IMG/VR virus record: IMGVR_UViG_3300020400_000029
Location: 1 to 27,591 of that record
Length of the DNA: 27,591 nt
From: a virus
Lineage: Duplodnaviria > Caudoviricetes
Strand: one strand, 5' to 3'
Part shown: piece after piece, positions 18,297 to 24,865 of the stretch
Position numbering within the stretch: position 1 is the stretch's first letter
Layout of the letters: the number at the start of each line of letters is the position of its first letter
Notes under the pieces: model-generated
What the model was told of the DNA's origin: nothing
The model's database searches: none
The model's input: only the letters and a program-made list of their open reading frames with translations
Program-made: the position numbers and the translations under genes

Positions 18297-20940
18297 AAAC
18301 TTCTACTAAAACAGATCTATCAGTAATACTGTGGGATCCATCTTCATTGATAGCCCACACTCTAATCTTGGCAACAGGTTTTTCTGCTGTAGCTTCAACT
18401 GTGTCTTGACCAACTCTTGGAGATCCTGAAGTCATCACACTACTGACAATTCCATGTGCAGTTGATGATGCTTGTGGTGGTTTTGGTATTGACCAAGAAA
18501 CAGCATCACCTTTTTTTATACTTCCAGCAGGAGCTTTTTCTTCTGGACTATATAAATCATCACCTCTCTCATACATAGTTTCTGCTTCTTCCAAAGAAAC
18601 TTTTAATTCTTCAACTACTAAAGAAGAACTTTTTTTAGTGCTTTTAGGATGATTGCTTGGAAGTAAATCAGTATCGTAAGGGACTCTTCTAAACTTACCA
18701 GTTCTTAAAGCAAACAACAGGCCATTCACTCTGGCCATTGCCCACTGGGAAGGACCTGAAACATTACCTCTTACGGAACCAGGATTATTTCTATATGCAG
18801 CTAAACCTCGATTATATGAAGCTGTCAACATTCTTAATGTTGCTCTATATCTAGGATTTTTTGCATTGTGATCTGTAACTTTCTTTTTCAGTGATTCTCT
18901 TGTTCTTGCACTTAAAGCTTTACCTTCTATATCTGCAAGAAGATCATCTGAAATTTTTCTTCTTTCACTTACAACTTTTTTATAATCGTTTACTAATTTT
19001 TTCATTTTTGATACACCGATGTTTGCAACACCACCCCATTTCATAACTGCGATTGCACCATTCAAACGATTATCACCTTGATGTCTATTCATAAATCTTT
19101 CTCTTCTTTTAACCCAATTTAAAACAGACTCTGATCTGTCACCTGCTCTATATTTTTCCCATCTATTAAAAGCATCATTACCTGTAAAAGAAGTTGGAGG
19201 ATTACCACCAGTACCAGCTCTTCTCCATATTTCAGGCCAATTGTCTTTAAGATCTTTTACATAATTAAAATCTGGAAATTGTTTAAATTTTGAATTTCTA
19301 AGTGATATTTCCATATCATCATCCGCGCTAGGAAAACCAGTTATTTTACTTTCTATTTCTTCTTCAATATTTTTCTTCATTCTGCTAAGAGCATTACGAG
19401 CTTGTTCTTCTGTGTCATAACATTTGATGACATCATTTGTTTCATGATCAAGAATACAAAATTTTCCATTTGGCATTTCTGCAACATATTTTTCTTCACT
19501 TATCTGAGTTGGAGTTGGCTTCATTAAATTAGACCTCAAAGCTTCTGCAGCTAGAGAGGTTGTTGTCAATACTTTTTCTTGTAAGTCAGTAATCATGTCT
19601 CTCAACTCTGATACTTTTTCATCTTCTTCATTTACCATCGGTGCGCTACTACCATCGACTGGGCGTTCTACCATATTTAAAGGTCTTAAATACAAATCGT
19701 GTGTATCATCAACACTCAAGCCAGCTTGTCTTCTAGCTTCAGCGATAGTGATCCATCCACCTTGTACTGCTGTATTCATTCTTTTGTAAACATCATCTTT
19801 ATCTGTTGATAATGCTCTTACATCATCAAGATTATATTTGACATACAAATCATCTGCTGCAAAATCTACTCTAAGTAATTGATGCGTAAGTTCTGCAGCT
19901 ACAGCTTTCCATAAAGGAACAAGTTTTTGTTCTGTAAAAAATTCTCTTAGTTCTCTTGTATTATTATAAGTTGCTGCATCAAGACCAGCTCCAAGACCTG
20001 CAAGTATAGCTGGAACACCTAAAACAGCCGATACTCTTTCTTCAGGAAGTTTTCTTAGTTCTGTAAGATTCATTTGTTCTGGAGAAAAAGATACAACTTC
20101 AACATTCATTGCACCAGAAAGTATCATTGGTGCACCACGATTATTACCACCAAATTTTTGTTTATACATTGCAGAGATTGCCTCTGCTTCTTCTTTTGAA
20201 GGTCCACCCATTGAGTCATCTTTTGGTGAGAGGATGACACCTGGTACAGCCATGTTATGTAAGAGTGCTGCTGCATATTGTCCTGCGGCCTCATCACCCA
20301 AGATTTCTCTTAATACTGATTTTAGTGGAGCAAAACCACGCCTATGATTATTTGGATCAATTCCATTTCGTATATGCACTATATCTTCAACTTGAAGTGA
20401 TATACTATTACCCCCTAATCCACCATACGGACTATATTTAAATTCTGTAATTAATTTTTCTTCATCACCTTTTGGTTCTACCATATCTGGCATTAGAGGT
20501 ATAAGTTGCACTACTGTACCATCATTGTTTTTATTTTTATAAAGAAAAGCATCACCATGTGCAGATAAAGCAGTAACAATGTAGTGTGCTAATAAGTTAC
20601 CTGATGTAAAAGGATTTGGTCTTTCTAATAATTTTGAGACTGGATGGTTTTTAATTACTTCAAGATCTCCTTCTTTCCCATCTTGAAATATCATGGGTCT
20701 AGGTTCAGCAAAAGAAGTTGCCAAAACATTTAAACAAGCTACTACAGCAGAGTTATTTGATCCATCACCAATATCGTCCAGCATAGAAGCTGGGAAAAAA
20801 CCTGAATCAGTATTATAACCATAAACTGCTCTATCCAAAGATGTGCTTTGATTATATCTACTAATTTTTTGTTCTTGTCTTTGTGTAGGTGCATTTAAGT
20901 AATCAACAAACCTACGAAATCTTGATTTATTTTCTGCCAT
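18253..20940 (-). CDS. HK97-family portal protein with ~470-aa multi-module C-terminal extension
   Basis: SAVVACLNVLA..HPVSKLLERPNP..GDAFL..DIVHIR..GFAPL..PGVIL..VLGVPAIL..GWITIAEARR. Directly follows the terminase. Confidence 0.93.
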   Translation of the reverse strand: MAENKSRFRRFVDYLNAPTQRQEQKISRYNQSTSLDRAVYGYNTDSGFFPASMLDDIGDGSNNSAVVACLNVLATSFAEPRPMIFQDGKEGDLEVIKNHPVSKLLERPNPFTSGNLLAHYIVTALSAHGDAFLYKNKNNDGTVVQLIPLMPDMVEPKGDEEKLITEFKYSPYGGLGGNSISLQVEDIVHIRNGIDPNNHRRGFAPLKSVLREILGDEAAGQYAAALLHNMAVPGVILSPKDDSMGGPSKEEAEAISAMYKQKFGGNNRGAPMILSGAMNVEVVSFSPEQMNLTELRKLPEERVSAVLGVPAILAGLGAGLDAATYNNTRELREFFTEQKLVPLWKAVAAELTHQLLRVDFAADDLYVKYNLDDVRALSTDKDDVYKRMNTAVQGGWITIAEARRQAGLSVDDTHDLYLRPLNMVERPVDGSSAPMVNEEDEKVSELRDMITDLQEKVLTTTSLAAEALRSNLMKPTPTQISEEKYVAEMPNGKFCILDHETNDVIKCYDTEEQARNALSRMKKNIEEEIESKITGFPSADDDMEISLRNSKFKQFPDFNYVKDLKDNWPEIWRRAGTGGNPPTSFTGNDAFNRWEKYRAGDRSESVLNWVKRRERFMNRHQGDNRLNGAIAVMKWGGVANIGVSKMKKLVNDYKKVVSERRKISDDLLADIEGKALSARTRESLKKKVTDHNAKNPRYRATLRMLTASYNRGLAAYRNNPGSVRGNVSGPSQWAMARVNGLLFALRTGKFRRVPYDTDLLPSNHPKSTKKSSSLVVEELKVSLEEAETMYERGDDLYSPEEKAPAGSIKKGDAVSWSIPKPPQASSTAHGIVSSVMTSGSPRVGQDTVEATAEKPVAKIRVWAINEDGSHSITDRSVLVEVSKLRKIDDFRQEQS

Positions 20941-22167
20941 TTAGTAAGCGCTCCACTCTCTTTTTACTTGTGCGCTTAAAACTCCATATCCTATTGAGTC
21001 CACTATATCATCATGATGACCTACTGGAAAACTCATGAGTTCTCGCTCTACTTCTACTAACCAAGGTGCGCCTTGTTCAAAAAAGATATCTCCTGCTTCC
21101 ATGCGAGCAGCAAGTGGCATAGCTCTTGAAACTTTATCTTTATCTGCTCTTAGTTCCTTCACAGCTAGACCATCTCTTTTAGCAAATTGTATTAAAGAAA
21201 GCTGAAAACCAGCTCTTTCCATACCCACCCATTGTAAATCATATTCTGCCATTTTTTGTCTTATTCGAGGTATTATATCAGGTGCTTCCATTCTTTCTCT
21301 TACGACATCTAAAACTAATATTTTACCTTTTGGAGTTACAGCAAAACAAGAAATAACAGTGTAATCTGCACCTTCTTTTATAGATGTAGCCAAGTCAACA
21401 GTACAAAATCTTGTACAGTCTCGTAAAGTTACTGTTTCTCCAGGAACAAAATAATTACCACTTTTTTCTTTAAAATATCTTAGCCACTCTGGTTTAAGAA
21501 TACCTTGTCCTGCATCAACAAATTCTGCTAAATATTCTTGTGCAAAAACAATAGAACCTACCTCATCTTTAGCTTGTTCTACTTCTTCCTTATCAATATT
21601 AGGATTATCAAATGTAGCAAATTGAAACCTTTCCCAATCTTCTTTACCATCTGCAAACTCCCATAACTGATAAAACCAATTACTCATACCCATAGGTGTA
21701 GAAATAAATAAAGCACCACCTTTTCTTTCTGTTAGAGTAGGTCTAAGTACTTGTTGCCATACATCTTCTTTAACAAAAGCAGCTTCATCTAGAACTAAAA
21801 AATCTAAACCTTCTCCACGAAGTCTATGAGGTGTATCTGCCGATCTAACTGCAATTGATCCATTACACCATGGAAATTTTACTTCCATGTTTACTAATGA
21901 TATTTCTGGTTGATTTTCCTCTGGATATGATCTTGCAGCTGATAATATATCTCGCCAACCAACCCTCGCAATCGTATAAGTAGGTGCAACCCACCAAGCC
22001 CTTTTACCTTGAAGAGCTGTTTCCAGGCACATTTGAACACCTAGTCGAGTTTTACCAAATCTACGACCTGCACATAAAATCTTCCACCTTGCTTCAGATT
22101 TTGCAACTTTTAACTGTGCTTCGTGTAGATCAGGAAATTTATGTACTAATTTTTTTTTCTGAACCAT
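20941..22167 (-). CDS. terL: Terminase large subunit
   Basis: Walker A AGRRFGKT, Walker B LVLDEAA, FISTP, nuclease TVDLA and HDDIVDS. Confidence 0.96.
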   Translation of the reverse strand: MVQKKKLVHKFPDLHEAQLKVAKSEARWKILCAGRRFGKTRLGVQMCLETALQGKRAWWVAPTYTIARVGWRDILSAARSYPEENQPEISLVNMEVKFPWCNGSIAVRSADTPHRLRGEGLDFLVLDEAAFVKEDVWQQVLRPTLTERKGGALFISTPMGMSNWFYQLWEFADGKEDWERFQFATFDNPNIDKEEVEQAKDEVGSIVFAQEYLAEFVDAGQGILKPEWLRYFKEKSGNYFVPGETVTLRDCTRFCTVDLATSIKEGADYTVISCFAVTPKGKILVLDVVRERMEAPDIIPRIRQKMAEYDLQWVGMERAGFQLSLIQFAKRDGLAVKELRADKDKVSRAMPLAARMEAGDIFFEQGAPWLVEVERELMSFPVGHHDDIVDSIGYGVLSAQVKREWSAY

Positions 22168-22191
22168 CTACTTTATACTAACAAAAATGGT

Positions 22192-23268
22192 TTAATGTGA
22201 TTGACTTTCTAGAACTAAGACATATCCAAACTTATTCAATAGCATTTTATCTTTTATTGCTTGTGCCTCTTCATCTTTAGAAAATTTATTTTTGTTATTT
22301 ATAGAAATAAATTCTAAAATAGAAAAATCATTTTCTTCATAAATTAGAGAAAAAATATTTTCTATTTTTAATTTTTCTAAATCTTTTGATATCAACATAA
22401 GTCTTGCTCCTTTTTTCATACATACACCAAGACTTATTATCTGTTGTCTTATGAACATGTCCTCATCTAAATCCATTGGATTATCTAAAAAATCTAAAAC
22501 ATTAAAGATAATAAAATCTGCTTCTTTTACTTCTTTAGGATATGCTTCTACAGATAAATCTATCTCTTGAACCTTAGATGTTCCTGCGGCAGGATATAGA
22601 TCAAATGATGCTACTTCAAAGTTTAATTTACTTGCTAAATCATATGTAACTTGATACTTATCAGTTATGTCCACTATTTTTCTAGTACCAGGTTCTGAAA
22701 ACCAATAAATTAAATTTGCAATCATTTGTGGCGGAGTCTTTTGTAGATTGTCTACGCCATAGGCTATATCGGATTGACCAAAACTCCAAACATTAGATGT
22801 TTTTATATTAACACCTGCTCTATCAACGATATTGAAATCTTTATTTTCAGAATTTAATTTTGTAATTTTATTTTTTTTAACAACAGATCTTAGATCGCGA
22901 ACTGAATATTTTTTTTCATAAGCTTCTTTTAAAAGTTTATCTATTTCTTTTGTGTCATCAATATATGCAACTTCAAAATGATGTGTCCAGGACAACTCTG
23001 GAACTCTTCTTTCAACAGGTATTTTTTTAGCTACATATGAAGCATTACTAAAAGTTGAATATGGTATTCCAAAATCTAAAGCTTGAGAAGCCAATTCTCC
23101 ATATTTTCGATCGCCATAATTCCACCAATCACCAAGCCACCACATAATATGTTTTGCTTGATTGGTAAGTGCCTCTCCTATTTCTACCCATTCTTCGTAT
23201 TCAAGATCTTCTTTAAGATCCAAACTAATATAATTTGATTGTGATAATTTTATCTCTCCCATATTCAT
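22192..23268 (-). CDS. LmbU-like N-terminal domain fused to a degenerate amino-methyltransferase-like domain
   Basis: WWLGDWWNYG..YGE..RRVPELSWTHHFEVA..SVRDLR. The C-terminal half has methyltransferase-like spacing but lacks FxGxG and DPPY. Confidence 0.6.
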   Translation of the reverse strand: MNMGEIKLSQSNYISLDLKEDLEYEEWVEIGEALTNQAKHIMWWLGDWWNYGDRKYGELASQALDFGIPYSTFSNASYVAKKIPVERRVPELSWTHHFEVAYIDDTKEIDKLLKEAYEKKYSVRDLRSVVKKNKITKLNSENKDFNIVDRAGVNIKTSNVWSFGQSDIAYGVDNLQKTPPQMIANLIYWFSEPGTRKIVDITDKYQVTYDLASKLNFEVASFDLYPAAGTSKVQEIDLSVEAYPKEVKEADFIIFNVLDFLDNPMDLDEDMFIRQQIISLGVCMKKGARLMLISKDLEKLKIENIFSLIYEENDFSILEFISINNKNKFSKDEEAQAIKDKMLLNKFGYVLVLESQSH

Positions 23269-23298
23269 AATTTTAGTATGTTACAAATTACATGTGAC

Positions 23299-23343
23299 AA
23301 AAAAATAAAAAAGCTCTAGGGAAAACTACAAACCTAGAGCTTT
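23299..23343 (-). terminator. Intrinsic terminator after thioredoxin
   Basis: AAAGCTCTAGG / CCTAGAGCTTT stem followed by a long T tract on the minus strand. Confidence 0.8.
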
Positions 23344-23353
23344 CTTATATGCG

Positions 23354-23674
23354 TTAAGCAATATGCTTTTCAAAAGTCTTTCTTATATTTGGTTCATTGA
23401 TTTGAGATCTTACTTCAGAAACTGGTTGACCATTTCTGTAAGCTATAAAAGTAGGCACAGAATATATGCTGTAAGTTGTAGCTACATTGCTTGCCCTATC
23501 AACATCTAATGAAACAAATTCGACTTTTTTGTCAGACCATTCATTTGAGATTTTTTCTACTGATGGAGTAATCGCTTTGCATGGACCACACCAATCAGCT
23601 TCAAACTTGACTATTGTTGTTATGTCTCGATTGATTGCCTCCGAAAACTCATTTTCCTGAATTTGCCTAATCAT
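23354..23674 (-). CDS. trxA: Thioredoxin
   Basis: 106 aa. FEADWCGPCK..LDVD..SVPTF. Confidence 0.93.
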   Translation of the reverse strand: MIRQIQENEFSEAINRDITTIVKFEADWCGPCKAITPSVEKISNEWSDKKVEFVSLDVDRASNVATTYSIYSVPTFIAYRNGQPVSEVRSQINEPNIRKTFEKHIA

Positions 23675-23738
23675 AGTGTATCTACAATATCACAAAACAA
23701 AACTTATAAGTTCTTTTTATACTTATAAAATATAAAAT

Positions 23739-23909
23739 ATGGAAAAAATATTTACAGTAAAAAAAGAATACGCAAAAAATTTAAATAGAAAAGAAAGAAG
23801 AAAGCTCGCTGCAAAAATTCGTAAAGATCTTGCAAAAGAAAAAAATATAATTAAAAAAGACAAGGCTGAACCTTACGATTCAGCCGATGATGGGAGGAAG
23901 TCGGTTTAG
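23739..23909 (+). CDS. 56-aa basic hypothetical protein
   Basis: MEKIFTVKKEYAKNLNRKERRKLAAKIRKDLAKEKNIIKKDKAEPYDSADDGRKSV*. TAAAAT just upstream, no SD. Confidence 0.55.
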   Translation: MEKIFTVKKEYAKNLNRKERRKLAAKIRKDLAKEKNIIKKDKAEPYDSADDGRKSV

Positions 23910-23932
23910 TAGCCGACATTTCAATCATAGAC
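23853..23932 (-). ncRNA. Candidate sRNA 2, or structured 3' UTR ending in a terminator
   Basis: TTGAAG-N18-TAAAAT upstream, hairpin GTCGG/CCGAC, linker TTCCTCCCATC, terminator GGCTGAA/TTCAGCC plus TTGTCTTTTTT. Confidence 0.4.
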
Positions 23933-23957
23933 TAAAAAATTTTAATTTAAGGTATCT

Positions 23958-24152
23958 CTATTCTTCAAATTTTTTACAAATACCAAGATATAGGTTTACT
24001 AAATCATCAGCATCTTGAACTAAATTAATTCCTTTGATTCTCATATAATTAAATTGTTTTAAAACAATTTCTTTTAGATCACCATCTGAAATAAGTTCAT
24101 CAATAGCATCTTCTCTTTTTGTTCCTGGTGGAAACTCAGGTATTTCTGCCAT
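23958..24152 (-). CDS. Hypothetical protein
   Basis: 64 aa, RBS AAGGA. Confidence 0.7.
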   Translation of the reverse strand: MAEIPEFPPGTKREDAIDELISDGDLKEIVLKQFNYMRIKGINLVQDADDLVNLYLGICKKFEE

Positions 24153-24157
24153 CAGCT

Positions 24158-24325
24158 TTATCCTTTCGGTTTTATTCCACTGTAAGCATAATAATTTTTA
24201 TCTCTTACTGGTGATATGGTTGGAGTAATCCAATCACTTTTACCAAGCACAGCATCAGACCATAAATCAAAAGCTTCAGCTTCGTTATTTGCTTCTACAA
24301 CAAAGTTTACATTATATTCAAACAT
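24158..24325 (-). CDS. 55-aa hypothetical protein
   Basis: MFEYNVNFVVEANNEAEAFDLWSDAVLGKSDWITPTISPVRDKNYYAYSGIKPKG*. RBS GAGGA, overlaps the upstream stop. Not in the ORF track. Confidence 0.7.
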   Translation of the reverse strand: MFEYNVNFVVEANNEAEAFDLWSDAVLGKSDWITPTISPVRDKNYYAYSGIKPKG

Positions 24326-24518
24326 TATCGTCCTCTTTCTCAGGTTTGTAATTTGTAATTTTTTCTTCGTATCTTACCTCGAATTGATTAATCATATCAT
24401 TTAGTGATTGATCTTTAAAATTTGTCATTAAATTATAAATACCTCTAGCTTCTGTTTCACTATCTGCTTTTATAATAAAATGTTCTTCTACTTCCCTAGT
24501 GAATAAATATTTTCCCAT
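24318..24518 (-). CDS. Hypothetical protein
   Basis: 66 aa, strong RBS AAAGGAG. Confidence 0.75.
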   Translation of the reverse strand: MGKYLFTREVEEHFIIKADSETEARGIYNLMTNFKDQSLNDMINQFEVRYEEKITNYKPEKEDDNV

Positions 24519-24540
24519 ATCTCTCCTTTTTATATATAGT

Positions 24541-24621
24541 CTAGTCTACTCTATTCTTATCTACTCTTCTCTACTCTACTCTACTCTAGAGCGTGACAGT
24601 CACAAATGTCACATGTGACAA
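24541..24621. repeat. (CTCTA)n pentamer tract plus GTGAC/GTCAC palindromes
   Basis: ctagtctactctattcttatctactcttctctactctactctactctaga, then GTGACAGTCAC (24593-24603) and TGTCACATGTGACA (24607-24620). Confidence 0.85.
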
Positions 24622-24745
24622 GAAAAAATCTTAAGCCTATAAAATAAGGCTTTTAAACAATCTCTTGGCGACAAGTATCGCTAATTTTAACATTTCTTTA
24701 ACACTAAATAACCAAATTTTTCCATAATTTTTGTATAATTTTTGG

Positions 24746-24865
24746 ATGAAATTTAAACTTTACAAGCTACAAAAATCTAATTTTAGAAGATCAAAACCAA
24801 AAAAAATTGGTGAATACACTTCTAATGAATTGATTTACAAAATTACAAATGAGGATCTTCCGTAA
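24746..24865 (+). CDS. Possible 39-aa basic peptide (leaderless)
   Basis: MKFKLYKLQKSNFRRSKPKKIGEYTSNELIYKITNEDLP*. TATAAT at 24734-24739, ATG begins 7 nt later. Confidence 0.4.
   Translation: MKFKLYKLQKSNFRRSKPKKIGEYTSNELIYKITNEDLP

Noticed and set aside
1257-19789. Numerous plus-strand ORFs opposite structural genes (e.g. 2113-2349, 7909-8325, 14536-14982, 16997-17281)
   Set aside because: These are antisense shadows of well-supported genes, with Ser/Ile/Phe-biased composition and no RBS or motifs.
24541-24621. Repeat tract as a CRISPR array
   Set aside because: The units are 5 nt with no spacers, and there are no cas genes.
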